From assembly GCA_050011995.1 (NCBI GenBank), contig JBEKIA010000002.1, positions 486 to 64,485 on the forward strand: a DNA stretch of 64,000 nt. The letters run 5' to 3'. Positions 19,271 through 29,460 of the stretch are shown piece by piece. The position numbers and the translations under genes are program-made. A model generated the notes under the pieces. The model saw nothing but the letters and a program-made list of their open reading frames with translations, made no database searches and was not told the DNA's origin. The DNA is from Verrucomicrobiota bacterium. Its GTDB lineage: Bacteria; Verrucomicrobiota; Verrucomicrobiia; Limisphaerales; Palsa-1400. Position 1 is the stretch's first letter. Each line of letters starts with the position of its first letter.

Positions 19271-20350
19271 TCAAACGGTCCCCGTGGCAACGGAGTAAAT
19301 CGGCGGCAGGTTGTCGGCCAGAAGACGCCAGGAATCGCCTTCGTCGTCGGAACTGAAAATCTTTCCCGTGTTGGTGCCGAAATAAATTCCGGCCGGGTCC
19401 TGCGTGTCCATGGCCATGCCTTCGCGGTAAACTCCGGCATAGACGTTTTCCTGCGGCAACCCGGCCGCCAGCGCCTGCCACGTCTCGCCCGCGTCGCGGC
19501 TGCGGAAGACGCGCAGCCTGCCTTCCGGCGGGCAGCGGAATTCCGCGCCTTTGAGGGGCAGCACGTAAATCGTGCCGGGCTGGCGCGGGTGAATGGCCAG
19601 CGGAAATCCGAAATCGGAAGGGAGGCCCGCCGAAATCTCCCGCCAGCTTTTCCCCGCGTCGGAACTGCGATAGACGCCGCAGTGATTTTGCTGATAGAGC
19701 ACCGGGGATTCGCCGCCGCTGAGGAGCAGCTTGTGAACGCACTGGCCGAATTCGGGATATTTTTCGGGGAGAAAATCGGCGCGGGTGCCCCGGTTGGCCG
19801 CTTGCCAGGCCGCCCCGCCGTCCTCCGAGCGGAAGACTCCCACGGCGGAAATGCCGACAAACAGGCCTTGGGCGCGGCTATTGTCAACAATAATGGAATG
19901 CAGGCAAAGGCCGCCCGCGCCCGGATGCCACCGGTCCCGGGTCGGGTGTTGGGTCAAACTGGCGACCTCATTCCAGTTCTGGCCGCCATCGTCGCTGCGA
20001 AAGAGCGCGGCGGGAGCGACGCCGGCATAGAGCACGCGCGGCTGGCTGGCGCGGCCCGGCTCGATATGCCAGATGCGGTCCAGTTTCGTGCCGGACTGTT
20101 CGGCAAATTTCAGGGGGATGTTGTTCCAGGTTTTGCCCAGGTCCGCCGAACAGGCCAGTTCGCAACCGAACCAGGCGTCGTTGGCCGCGGACCATAAGCG
20201 GCCGTCGCGCGGGTCGCAAATGGCATGGTTGATTTCGCGCCCGGCCTGGAAAGGTCCGCTGCGTTCCCAATGACGGCGGTCGGCGCTGGCAAAAAGGAAC
20301 AGGCCCTTTTTGGTGCCGGCCAGAAGCAAAATTCTTTTTGGCAAACTCAT
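19271..20350 (-). CDS. BNR/Asp-box repeat beta-propeller protein (sialidase-fold, Ycf48-like)
   Basis: ORF 19271..20758 trimmed to ATG 20350 (MSLPKRILLLAGTKKGLF). Repeated SxDxGxxW motifs: SADLGKTW, SDDGGQNW, SEDGGAAW, SSDAGKSW, SRDAGETW, SDDEGDSW. Confidence 0.88.
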   Translation of the reverse strand: MSLPKRILLLAGTKKGLFLFASADRRHWERSGPFQAGREINHAICDPRDGRLWSAANDAWFGCELACSADLGKTWNNIPLKFAEQSGTKLDRIWHIEPGRASQPRVLYAGVAPAALFRSDDGGQNWNEVASLTQHPTRDRWHPGAGGLCLHSIIVDNSRAQGLFVGISAVGVFRSEDGGAAWQAANRGTRADFLPEKYPEFGQCVHKLLLSGGESPVLYQQNHCGVYRSSDAGKSWREISAGLPSDFGFPLAIHPRQPGTIYVLPLKGAEFRCPPEGRLRVFRSRDAGETWQALAAGLPQENVYAGVYREGMAMDTQDPAGIYFGTNTGKIFSSDDEGDSWRLLADNLPPIYSVATGTV

Positions 20351-20475
20351 AAAACTGCGACACGGAAATTCGGAAGCATGCTCCCGGCGAGACGCCGGGC
20401 GCGGCGGGTGAAGACACCCGCGCTCCCGGACAATTTGGCACAATTCTGCCGAAATTCCACTGTCGCGATAATGGA

Positions 20476-21315
20476 TTATTTGCCGGGCGCCGCCCAGCCG
20501 CAATCGCGGTGGATTTTGATGCCGGCTTGGTCCAGTTGCTTTTTGGCGGCCTCCAGAAGGTCGCTTTTCATGTCGGGCGCGACCACCGGATTCGCCGCCC
20601 ACGCCGTGAGGGTGACGGTCACGCCCGCGCCGGACAAATTGGTGATGCGGCAAGTGGGTGTTCCGGGCGCCCTGGAACTTTGCCGGGCGACCTCGAGCAG
20701 GATTTGGCGGGCCTTGTCCACATCCGCATCGTGTTCCAGGGTGATGGCCGCCGCGCAAGGGACGGGTTGGCTGGACATGGAAAGGTTGAGGATGGTCTGG
20801 CTGGCCATAAGACTGTTGGGAATAACCAGCCGGCGCTCATCTCCCGCCCGCAAAACGGTGTAGCCGAGACTGATGTTCTCCACGATGCCGGTTTCCAATC
20901 CGCTGGGGGCGCTGACCTGGAGCTGGTCGCCCAGACGGAAAGGCCGGTAGAGCACCAATGACACCCCGGCGATCAAGTTGCCCAGGGTGTTTTGCGCGGC
21001 CATGCCCACGACGATGGAAACCACTCCCACGCTGAGCAGCCCGGCCCCTCCCAAATCTTTCAGCGCCGGAACCAGGTGTGCGTAGGCCAGAAACGCAAGA
21101 ATCCAAACCGCCAACCGCGCCAACTGCGCCAGGAAGCGGACCGCCGTCTGGTCCGCCGAGGCCGACTGCTTTTCCAGAAAGCGTTGCACCGCCAGACGAA
21201 CGGCCCGGCCCGCCAGCCAGGCGAAAAATCCCAGCACGAAGGCATAAAAGACCGCCCCCACCGCAGTCCTGTAATCCAACAAGTCAACAACAAACTGCCA
21301 GAAATGATCGCGCAT
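20476..21315 (-). CDS. Mechanosensitive ion channel (MscS) family protein
   Basis: Three N-terminal TM helices. GNLIAGVSLVLYRPFRLGDQLQV is the MscS pore/beta-domain signature. Confidence 0.9.
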   Translation of the reverse strand: MRDHFWQFVVDLLDYRTAVGAVFYAFVLGFFAWLAGRAVRLAVQRFLEKQSASADQTAVRFLAQLARLAVWILAFLAYAHLVPALKDLGGAGLLSVGVVSIVVGMAAQNTLGNLIAGVSLVLYRPFRLGDQLQVSAPSGLETGIVENISLGYTVLRAGDERRLVIPNSLMASQTILNLSMSSQPVPCAAAITLEHDADVDKARQILLEVARQSSRAPGTPTCRITNLSGAGVTVTLTAWAANPVVAPDMKSDLLEAAKKQLDQAGIKIHRDCGWAAPGK

Positions 21316-21342
21316 ATTGACAAAAGGGGGTTCCGCGGTCTT

Positions 21343-22743
21343 TTACGCCTTTCCGCCGCCCAGGGCGGCCAGCAGTTTTTCATGGATGTTGCCAAAACCG
21401 CCGTTGCTGAAAATGCAAATCACGTCGCCGCCGCTGGCCTCTTTTTTCAGATGGGCGACAATCGCATCCGCATGGGGCAGACAGGCGGCGGTCTTCCCGG
21501 CCGCCTTGAGGTCTTGCAGGAGCATGTCCGTATTGAGCCGTTCCTCCGGCTTGAGCAATTCCAGGCGCGCCACCTGCGCGATGACCACGGCGTCGGCGTC
21601 GGCGAAAGCCTCGGCCAGTTCCAGTTGGAACACATTGCGCCGGGTGGTGTTGCTGCGCGGCTCGAAGACGGCCCAGAGGCGCTCGCGGGCGTAGCGGCGG
21701 CGCAGCGCGCGCAACGTTTCGCGGAGGGCGGTGGGATGATGGCCGAAATCGTCTATCACCGTGATACCGCCCGGCACGCCGCGCACTTCCATGCGCCGGC
21801 GCACGCCTTTGAAGGTGTCGAAGCCGGACTGGATTTGTTTGTTGGACAGGCCGCAATGCTTGGCGGCGGCGATGACGGCCAGGGCGTTGCGCACGTTGAA
21901 CTCGCCGGTGAGGTTGAGATGGAACTTGAAGCTGGGGATTTCAAATTCGGTGGCGGTGGGGCCGTAGCGCAGATTGAAGGCGTGAACGCTGCCCTCCTCG
22001 CTCAATCCGAAACGTTTGACCGGGCAGGGCGCGGCTTCGAGCAGCGGGGCCAGGTTCGGGTCGTCGCCATTGGCCAGAAGCTGGCCGTTGCGCGGGATCA
22101 GGGCGATGAGCCGGCGGAAGGAAGATTGGATGGCGGCCAGGTTGTCGAAAATGTCCGCGTGATCGAATTCCAGGTTGTTGATCACCACCACTTCGGGAAG
22201 GTAATGGATGAATTTGCTCCGCTTGTCAAAAAACGCGGTGTCGTATTCGTCGCCTTCGATAATGAACCACGGGCTGGCGGTGAACCTGGCTCCTTCGCCG
22301 AAGTTGTTGGGGATGCCGCCGATGAGGAAACCGGGGTTCAATCCGTTGTGCTCGAACACCCACGCCAGGAGCGAGGTGGTGGTGGTTTTGCCGTGCGTCC
22401 CGCTGACCACGATGGAGCGTTTGCCGCGCAGGAAAAATTCCTTGAGCAGTTCGGGCAGCGAACAATAACGCATCTTGTGATCCAGGACCGCCTCCACCTC
22501 CGCGTTGCCGCGCGAGAGGGCGTTGCCGATGACCACCAGGTCCGGCTTGTGGGAAAGATTGGATTCGGCGTAGCCCGGCATGACCTGGATTTGTTTGGTT
22601 GCCAGGAACGCGGACATGGGCGGATAGACATTGTAATCCGAGCCGGAGACGGCGAAGCCCTTGTCGCGCATCGCCGCGGCCACCGCGGCCATGGCCGTGC
22701 CGCCGATGCCGGCGAAATGGACCGATTTGATTTCTGAGAACAT
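21343..22743 (-). CDS. mpl: UDP-N-acetylmuramate:L-alanyl-gamma-D-glutamyl-meso-DAP ligase
   Basis: HFAGIGGTAMAAVA, SGSDYNVYPPMS (Mpl-specific), and the Mur-ligase P-loop VVSGTHGKTTTTSLLAWV. Confidence 0.9.
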   Translation of the reverse strand: MFSEIKSVHFAGIGGTAMAAVAAAMRDKGFAVSGSDYNVYPPMSAFLATKQIQVMPGYAESNLSHKPDLVVIGNALSRGNAEVEAVLDHKMRYCSLPELLKEFFLRGKRSIVVSGTHGKTTTTSLLAWVFEHNGLNPGFLIGGIPNNFGEGARFTASPWFIIEGDEYDTAFFDKRSKFIHYLPEVVVINNLEFDHADIFDNLAAIQSSFRRLIALIPRNGQLLANGDDPNLAPLLEAAPCPVKRFGLSEEGSVHAFNLRYGPTATEFEIPSFKFHLNLTGEFNVRNALAVIAAAKHCGLSNKQIQSGFDTFKGVRRRMEVRGVPGGITVIDDFGHHPTALRETLRALRRRYARERLWAVFEPRSNTTRRNVFQLELAEAFADADAVVIAQVARLELLKPEERLNTDMLLQDLKAAGKTAACLPHADAIVAHLKKEASGGDVICIFSNGGFGNIHEKLLAALGGGKA

Positions 22744-22818
22744 GGTGGATGAATAATGGCGAAATCATGGCCACAGGAAAGCCGGAAATGACGCAAGTCG
22801 TCGCTGAGGTGGGGAACC

Positions 22819-22873
22819 GGTAGGGCGGGCAGTCCACTGCCCGCCGCGGCGCGCACGGAGTGCGCGCCCTGCC
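22819..22873. repeat. Dispersed palindromic element, family A (copy 2, inverted)
   Basis: Reverse complement of 3410-3464 with one mismatch. Confidence 0.9.
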
Positions 22874-22909
22874 ATCCAGGGGGTGTGAGACAGAATTCTT
22901 CGCCTTCCC

Positions 22910-22970
22910 GGTAGGGCAGAGCTGCTGCTCTGCCCCGAAATCTTGGGCGGCGCGGCAGCGCCGCCCTACC
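22910..22970. repeat. Dispersed palindromic element, family B (copy 2)
   Basis: ggtagggcagagctgctgctctgcccc...gggcggcgcggcagcgccgccctacc. Same architecture as 4222-4280. Confidence 0.85.
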
Positions 22971-23060
22971 ATGGAGGTGAAGATCTTTGTCGTGCGCCCA
23001 TCCAAGGCTGGCGCATTCCCGGAGAGTTGCAAATTCGGAGGAATGGGGTTTCATTGCGCC

Positions 23061-23246
23061 ATGCAAACGCTCGAGAGAATTGAAGAGGAAGTGAAACGGT
23101 TGTCGAAGGCGGAGCAGGAATCGCTGCGCGACTGGCTGGAAAACATGCTGGAGGACGATCTGGGATTCACGGACGAGTTCAAGGCGAAGATGGAACGCGG
23201 CGAGCAGGATATTCGCGCCGGGCGCGTTCGCATCCGCAAGTCTTGA
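23061..23246 (+). CDS. Small addiction-module-antitoxin-like protein (orphan)
   Basis: MQTLERIEEEVKRLSKAEQESLRDWLENMLEDDLGFTDEFKAKMERGEQDIRAGRVRIRKS resembles 'putative addiction module component' antitoxins. No intact toxin ORF follows. Confidence 0.55.
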   Translation: MQTLERIEEEVKRLSKAEQESLRDWLENMLEDDLGFTDEFKAKMERGEQDIRAGRVRIRKS

Positions 23247-23482
23247 GCCCTGGCATGAACGGCGCGGCCATCCAGATCGCTTCACGAGAATTCAAGACCT
23301 GTCGGCGCCTCGCTGGCGCGCGGTGAACGCGAAGCGTCGTGGTGTGCGGAACGAAGTTCCGCTTTGTTTGCGAAACAGGAGCTTTCGTCCGATTTTGAGC
23401 GCGGCAGCGAACGGCGGGTGCCGTGAAGAACTTCAATCCGCGCCGCTGCCAGCAAAATGACAACGCGGCGGCAATGGCCGTC

Positions 23483-26400
23483 TTACTCCTGCGGCGCCGG
23501 TTGTTGAAAGACCGATTTTTCGCGCAGGAGCAACAGGACGTAATACGCCGCCGGTGTGGCGACGAGCGACAGCAGCACGGAAATGCACAGAGCGCCAATC
23601 ACGGCAATCGCCAGCGGACGCAGCATTTCGGCGCCGCTTCCGATCCCCCAGGCCAGAGGCAGCATCCCCAGAGCGGCCGCCATGGAAGTCATCAATACCG
23701 GGCGCAGACGCCGATGGCCGGAGCGCACGAGGGCTTCCGCCAGCGGCACGCCTTGCGTCCGCAGATGCTCCACAAAATCGAGCATGAGGATGCCGTTCTT
23801 GGCCACAATGCCGACCCCAATGATCGCGCCCAGGAAGGAGACGATGTTCAAAGACGTGCCCGTGATCCAGAGCGCCGCCACCGTTCCAAACAGCGCCAGG
23901 ACCGCGCCAAACACAATGGCGACCGGCTCGTAGAACGAGCGGAATTCCACCAGCAGCACGGTGAACACCAGCAGGATGGCGGCGAGCAACACCCTGATAA
24001 GATTACGGAAGGATTCCTGCTGCTGCTGGTAAAGCCCGCCGTACTCGACCGTGCCGGGCGGCAGCCATTTGTCCTGGCTCAATTTGTCCTGGATTTCTTT
24101 CATCGCGCTGCCCAGATCGCGGCCTTCCAGCCGGGCCGAGACGATGATGTCCTGCCGCAAATCGTCCCGGACCAACTCCACTTCGCTCGGCTCTTCCACC
24201 ACGTCCGCGACTTGGGCCAGCCGCACGACCGTGCCGTTGGCCGCCCGCAACGGCAGCTCGCTCAACACGGCCAGGCGATTGACGCTCGCCGGATTGGCCA
24301 GGACGCGGATGTTGACCACCCGGTCGCCTTCCAAAACGGACGACACGGTCTGGCCCAGCATGGCGGTGTTCACGGCGGCGGCGATGTCCTGAATGCTCAA
24401 GCCAAACCGCGCGGCGTCGGCCGGACGCACCCGGAAATTGATGGAGGGGCCGGTTTGCGTCAGGCCGTCGAACGTGTCCACCACGCCGGACATGGTCTTG
24501 ATTTGCTCTTCCACCCGGGGCGCGGCCTGTTGCAGCCATTTCAAATCGGTGGAGAACAATTTGATTTCCACCGGATCGGGCGTCAACTGCAAATCGCCGA
24601 TCACATCGGTCAGGATGCCGGGAAACTCCCAGTGGAAGGCCGGGAATCGCTCGTTGTAAGTGTGGCGCAAAGCGGCGATGACCTCCTCGGTCGAGTGCTC
24701 GCGCTGGCGTTTGAGCTTGACCGCAAAGTCGCCCCTGTACGCCTCGGTGATGAACATGCCCATTTCCGCGCCGAGCCGGCGCGAATAACTTTCCACGTCC
24801 GGATTGGCGGACAGCATTTGCTCCGCCGCCTCAAGCTGGCGCGAGGTTTCGGTCAGACTCGTGCCCGGTGGCGCCCAGAAATCAATCACAAAACCCCCTT
24901 CGTCAAAGTCGGGCAGAAAATCGGATTCCAACTGCCGGTAAATGAAAAACGACCCGGCCAGCACCGCGCCGCAGGCCAGCAAGGTGAGCCAGCGATGCGC
25001 CAGAGCCTTGCGCAACGCCCATTCGTAAACGCGGAGGACGCGCCGGAGCAAAAAGCCGCCCTCCAGGCCGCCGCGCGCCCGGCCCTGTTCCTTCCCTTGG
25101 CGCTCGCGGATGAACCAGGCGGCCAGCGACGGCGTGAGGGTGACCGCCAGAACCAGCGACGCGAGCAGCGAGACCACCATCGTCAGCGCCAGCGCCCGGA
25201 AAAAGACGCCCGCAATGCCGGACAAAAACGCCAGCGGCAGGAACACGACCACCGGCGTCAGCGTCGAGCCGACCAGCGGATAAAGAATCTCGTGGACGGC
25301 TTCCTGAATTCCCTCCAGCCGCGGCCGGCCCGCCGCGATCTTCACGCACATCGCCTCGACCACGACGATGGCGTTGTCAATCACCAGCCCGATGGAGGCG
25401 GCGATGCCGCCCAGCGTCATCATGTTGAAGCTCATGTTGGCCAGCTTCATGGCGACGATCGTGACCAAAACCGTGATGGGAATGGTGACGATGGCGGTCC
25501 ACACGCTGCCCCAGTTCTTCAGGAAGAAATAAAGAATCAGCACGGACAGAATCAGCCCGAAAATAATCGCGTCCCAAACGCTTCCCACCGAATCGCGCAC
25601 GAAGAGCGACTGGTCGTAAAAAAACGCCAGTTGCATGTCCGGCGGCAATTCCTGCCGGAGTTGCCGCAGTTTTGCTTGCAACGCGGCGGCGATGTCCAGC
25701 GTGCTGCCGTCCGCCTGGCTCATGATGTTCAACAGCACCGATTCGCGCCCCTGCGCGGTGATGGATTGAAAGACCGGCTTTGGCCCGCGTTGGACACGCG
25801 CCACCTCTTTGACTTGCACCGGATGGCCGCCGTGAACCGCAATCACCAGATTTTCCATCTCCGCCACCGAATGAACGCGCCCGTCCACCGTCGTCAGGTA
25901 AAGATGGTAATTCTCTTCCATCATGCCGGCGGGCGCGATGAGGTTGTTTTTCGTCAGCGCGTCGCACACCTCCTGCCATCCCAGGCCGGCGGCCTGCAAT
26001 TTCAGCGGGTCAACCACGACATGGAATTCCGGCTCGCGACCGCCGAGGATTTCCACGCGCGCCACGCCGGGAATCTGGAGAAAACGCGGTTTCAACTCAT
26101 AATTGGCCGTTTCCCAAAGCGACATGATATTGCGACTGGGACTGGTGAGGCTGATGCCAATGATGGGAAACGCCGAAAAGGTCACGCGCTCAATTTCGGT
26201 GTCGGCGGTCGCAGGCAGGTCGCTGCGGATTTGCGAGAGCCGCCCCAGCACATACAGTTCCGACTGCGACATGTCCACATGCCAGTTGAAGAAGACATTG
26301 ATCTGCGCCGAGCCGCGCTTGGTGGCCGAACGCACCGTGACGGCGCCGGGAATGTCCTTCATCGCCTCTTCGATGGGGCGCGTCACCGTCGCCATCATTT

Positions 26401-26590
26401 CGTCCGCCGGCATGATGCCGTTGTTGACGAGAATGACGACGCGCGGAAAATTGGTCTGCGGAAAAACCGACGACGGCATGCGCAGCGCCGAAAAAATTCC
26501 CGCCAGGCACAAGACCGCCGCGACGAAGGTGATGGACAGAGCGTGCCTCGTGGCGAACCGGCCCAAAGGCGAGATGACGTCGGCCTTCAT
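23483..26590 (-). CDS. Efflux RND transporter permease subunit (AcrB/CzcA superfamily)
   Basis: 1035 aa with a 12-TM plus two large periplasmic loop layout. GGIAASIGLVIDNAIVVVE motif. Start overlaps the MFP stop by 4 nt. Confidence 0.95.
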   Translation of the reverse strand: MKADVISPLGRFATRHALSITFVAAVLCLAGIFSALRMPSSVFPQTNFPRVVILVNNGIMPADEMMATVTRPIEEAMKDIPGAVTVRSATKRGSAQINVFFNWHVDMSQSELYVLGRLSQIRSDLPATADTEIERVTFSAFPIIGISLTSPSRNIMSLWETANYELKPRFLQIPGVARVEILGGREPEFHVVVDPLKLQAAGLGWQEVCDALTKNNLIAPAGMMEENYHLYLTTVDGRVHSVAEMENLVIAVHGGHPVQVKEVARVQRGPKPVFQSITAQGRESVLLNIMSQADGSTLDIAAALQAKLRQLRQELPPDMQLAFFYDQSLFVRDSVGSVWDAIIFGLILSVLILYFFLKNWGSVWTAIVTIPITVLVTIVAMKLANMSFNMMTLGGIAASIGLVIDNAIVVVEAMCVKIAAGRPRLEGIQEAVHEILYPLVGSTLTPVVVFLPLAFLSGIAGVFFRALALTMVVSLLASLVLAVTLTPSLAAWFIRERQGKEQGRARGGLEGGFLLRRVLRVYEWALRKALAHRWLTLLACGAVLAGSFFIYRQLESDFLPDFDEGGFVIDFWAPPGTSLTETSRQLEAAEQMLSANPDVESYSRRLGAEMGMFITEAYRGDFAVKLKRQREHSTEEVIAALRHTYNERFPAFHWEFPGILTDVIGDLQLTPDPVEIKLFSTDLKWLQQAAPRVEEQIKTMSGVVDTFDGLTQTGPSINFRVRPADAARFGLSIQDIAAAVNTAMLGQTVSSVLEGDRVVNIRVLANPASVNRLAVLSELPLRAANGTVVRLAQVADVVEEPSEVELVRDDLRQDIIVSARLEGRDLGSAMKEIQDKLSQDKWLPPGTVEYGGLYQQQQESFRNLIRVLLAAILLVFTVLLVEFRSFYEPVAIVFGAVLALFGTVAALWITGTSLNIVSFLGAIIGVGIVAKNGILMLDFVEHLRTQGVPLAEALVRSGHRRLRPVLMTSMAAALGMLPLAWGIGSGAEMLRPLAIAVIGALCISVLLSLVATPAAYYVLLLLREKSVFQQPAPQE

Positions 26591-28023
26591 TTGTCCTTGG
26601 ACGATTGGGCGGACGATTCGTCGCCCGAAGCGCCTTGCACGCGGATTTTGGTTGTGGCCGGCAGGCCGTAAGCGCCCACAGACACGACCACATCCCCCGC
26701 TTTCAGTCCCGGAGCGGCCACTTCAATCCAGCCGTTCTCGCGCACACCGGTCCGCACCGCCGTTTGCGTCGCCTGGCCGCCTTTGACCAGCGCGATGGCG
26801 CTTTGGCCGCTTTCATCCGTCACCACGCTTTCGCCCGGCGCGGCCAGGCAATCCACATGAACCGCCGTCACGATGCGCAGCGCAACAAATTGTCCGGGCC
26901 GCAGCAGGCCGCCCGGCGGCAACAACACCCGCGCCAGAACCGTGTTGTTGTTCGTGTCCACGGTCGGGCTGAGGAACGCAAGCTCCGCCGTCACCGGCGG
27001 CTCGGTCAACACTTCGACCGGATTCCCGGCTTTCAATTCGCCGGCTTCCGCCGCCGGAATTTGCGCGCTCACGACGAGCCGGTTCAAATCCATCACTTCC
27101 GCCACGACCGTCGGCAAGTCCACTGACTGGCCGGGCTTGACGTTGACATGCACGACCGTGCCGGACATGGGCGCGAGGACCCGCAGCAAGGCCAGTTGCG
27201 CCTCGGCGCTCTGCAAATTCCTCTGCGAGGTGTTCTGTTGCGCGTATAATTGCCTCTGCCGCGCCACTTCTTGTTCCGCGTTCTCCACCGTCAACGTGCC
27301 CGAATTCAATTCCACCACCAAATCGCCCTTCTCGACATGCTGGCCTTCCACCAGGGCGACCTTGGTGATAACGCCCGCCACCGGCGCCGCCAGCGCCACG
27401 CCGGCGGCCGGGGCGTTGGTCGTGGCAGGGGCGGGTTCCACCGTGCCATAAGCTTGGACGTAACGATGCAGTGTGGCCAACTTGAGGGCGTTGGTCTGGA
27501 CGCTCACGACCGGGGGCGTGGACTCCTCGCCGCCCGGTTTGAGTTCCACCGCAAGAAGTTTTTGCGCGCCGTTCACGACGATGTAGTCGTTGGTCTTGAT
27601 GGTTCCCGTCACGAACCATCCGGCGTCGGTGAGCCGGTCCAACGGGGTCTTTATGCGGGTGAAGGCTTCGCCGCCCTTGTCCTTGTTCATCACATAAACC
27701 CAGCCCGCGCCTTCCACCAGCACCACCGCGTCGCGCGGGATGAGGACGCCCGCCAGCGGTGTCGCATTGGGCGCCTGGCCGGAGCCATTGTCCGGCTGGC
27801 TCCACTGCCCGGCCGCCGGATTGCCAAAGACTATCCCCAAGTCCCCCTGCTGGTCGTCACTCATGCTGACCACGGTGTTGCCCTGTGCGTCGCGGGTGAC
27901 TTGGGGGCCTTCTTCCGCGGCGTCCGGCGATTCGGGGGCGGCCGCGTTATGGCGCTTATGCCACCAGAGGCCGCCGCCAATCGCGCCGGCCATGAGTAGA
28001 ATGAGAACAATGGCTCGCTTCAC
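26587..28023 (-). CDS. Efflux RND transporter periplasmic adaptor (MFP/HlyD family)
   Basis: N-terminal anchor MKRAIVLILLMAGAIGG, then lipoyl/hairpin/beta-barrel regions (VEKGDLVVELNS...LRVLAPMSGTVVHVNVKPGQSV). 4-nt overlaps on both sides. Confidence 0.9.
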   Translation of the reverse strand: MKRAIVLILLMAGAIGGGLWWHKRHNAAAPESPDAAEEGPQVTRDAQGNTVVSMSDDQQGDLGIVFGNPAAGQWSQPDNGSGQAPNATPLAGVLIPRDAVVLVEGAGWVYVMNKDKGGEAFTRIKTPLDRLTDAGWFVTGTIKTNDYIVVNGAQKLLAVELKPGGEESTPPVVSVQTNALKLATLHRYVQAYGTVEPAPATTNAPAAGVALAAPVAGVITKVALVEGQHVEKGDLVVELNSGTLTVENAEQEVARQRQLYAQQNTSQRNLQSAEAQLALLRVLAPMSGTVVHVNVKPGQSVDLPTVVAEVMDLNRLVVSAQIPAAEAGELKAGNPVEVLTEPPVTAELAFLSPTVDTNNNTVLARVLLPPGGLLRPGQFVALRIVTAVHVDCLAAPGESVVTDESGQSAIALVKGGQATQTAVRTGVRENGWIEVAAPGLKAGDVVVSVGAYGLPATTKIRVQGASGDESSAQSSKDK

Positions 28024-29438
28024 GGTTTTTTCTCCTTTGCGGCCGCCGGATTCCGCTCGATCACGCCCGGCGTTATCATTTCAATGGGACGTTGCACGGC
28101 GTCTTCCAGGGCCGCCACGGACTGCTGTCTCTTGACCTGCGCCTCCAACTGCACCTCTTCGGCCTCGGCCAGTTCCAGTTGGGCGTTCAACAAATCCAGC
28201 GGGGCGGCGGCGCCGGCGCTGACCTGCCCGGCGATGGCGTCGCGGGACTTTGCCTGGGTTGCGGCCAGATCCTGGAGCAGGGCCAGGCTCTTTTCCGTGG
28301 CGCGAAAACTTTCCACCGCGGCGTCAATGTCCGCGATCACCTTGGCCTGCAGCGCGCTGAAGCGGGCGGCGGCTTCCACGCGGCGGGCGGCGGCCTCGGC
28401 AATCGGGCCCTGGTTCTGGTTGAGCACGGGCAGTTCCACGGTCAGGCCCAGGCTGTACATGTTGTCCCCCTGGTCGAACTGATAGCCGGGGCTGAGTTGA
28501 ATGTCCGGGTATTGCCGGGCGATTTCCAATTGCAAGGCCGACTGGGCCGCCGCGTAATCGGCCAGCGCCGCCAGAATGTCCGCGCGGCCCAACAGCGCCT
28601 CCCGCCGCATTTCCTCGCTGGTCAGGCTGGCGGCGGCGGCGGCGTCCGGGAACACAGTGGATACCTCCACGCCGTCCAGCGCGCGGACCGGAACGCCGAT
28701 GGACTCCGCCAGGCGCGCGCGGGACTCGGCGCCCTCGCGCCGGGCGTCGGCCAGGTCCAGCCGCGTTTTTTGCAGGGCGAGGCGAAAGGACACCGCCTCC
28801 TGCGCCGCCATCGCCCCGGCCTGGATTTGTTGTTCCAGAAGCGCGATGACTTGCTGCTGGATGGAAATCTCATTTTGCAGGAGCGCCTCGCGCTGCCGGG
28901 CCGCGGAAAAATCCAGGAGGCTGGCGCGCACCCCGGCGCGCACCTGCCAGGCGGTGGCGGCGATGTTCAGCCGCGCGGATTCGGAAAGTTGCCGCGCCTG
29001 GGCGATGCGATAGCCCCGCTTGCCGGCCGTTTCCAGGGGCAAATCGAAACTGACGGTGGGAAACCAGGGGCTCAGTCCGGGGGCCGCGTTGACGTGGCTG
29101 AAATTGAGGCCCGGGGTAACGTTCAAGGTCGGATTGGGCCGTCCGCCGGCGGTTTGGATGGCGGCCCGGGCCACGTCCCACTCCGCGCGCGCCACCTCCA
29201 AATCGGGATGATAATAGAGGGCCGCGAGGGCGAGCATTTCAAAATCCCAGGCGGGCGCCGGCGCGGGGGCGGGATCGCGGCGGAGGTTTTTTTCCAGAAA
29301 ACTGCGCAGGCCGGGATCGTCCAGGGTGCGGCTTTCCAGGGCGGAGGCGGTCTGGGCGGGGGAAACCGGCTTTGCCTCGAAGCGCGCGCAACCCGCCGCC
29401 ACCGCGCACAAAAGCAGGGCCGGACAAAGTCTATGCAT
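28020..29438 (-). CDS. TolC-family outer membrane efflux protein (lipoprotein)
   Basis: ORF trimmed to ATG 29438 (MHRLCPALLLCAVAAGC lipobox). Two OEP repeats with long coiled helices. Confidence 0.88.
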   Translation of the reverse strand: MHRLCPALLLCAVAAGCARFEAKPVSPAQTASALESRTLDDPGLRSFLEKNLRRDPAPAPAPAWDFEMLALAALYYHPDLEVARAEWDVARAAIQTAGGRPNPTLNVTPGLNFSHVNAAPGLSPWFPTVSFDLPLETAGKRGYRIAQARQLSESARLNIAATAWQVRAGVRASLLDFSAARQREALLQNEISIQQQVIALLEQQIQAGAMAAQEAVSFRLALQKTRLDLADARREGAESRARLAESIGVPVRALDGVEVSTVFPDAAAAASLTSEEMRREALLGRADILAALADYAAAQSALQLEIARQYPDIQLSPGYQFDQGDNMYSLGLTVELPVLNQNQGPIAEAAARRVEAAARFSALQAKVIADIDAAVESFRATEKSLALLQDLAATQAKSRDAIAGQVSAGAAAPLDLLNAQLELAEAEEVQLEAQVKRQQSVAALEDAVQRPIEMITPGVIERNPAAAKEKKP

Positions 29439-29460
29439 CGAAATCAACAATTAGAAAAGC

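Noticed and set aside
23247-23420. Possible decayed RelE/ParE toxin downstream of the small antitoxin-like gene at 23061.
   Set aside because: I translated all three frames. Only a 23-codon ORF and no RelE/ParE-like motifs appear, so a toxin remnant cannot be supported from the sequence alone.
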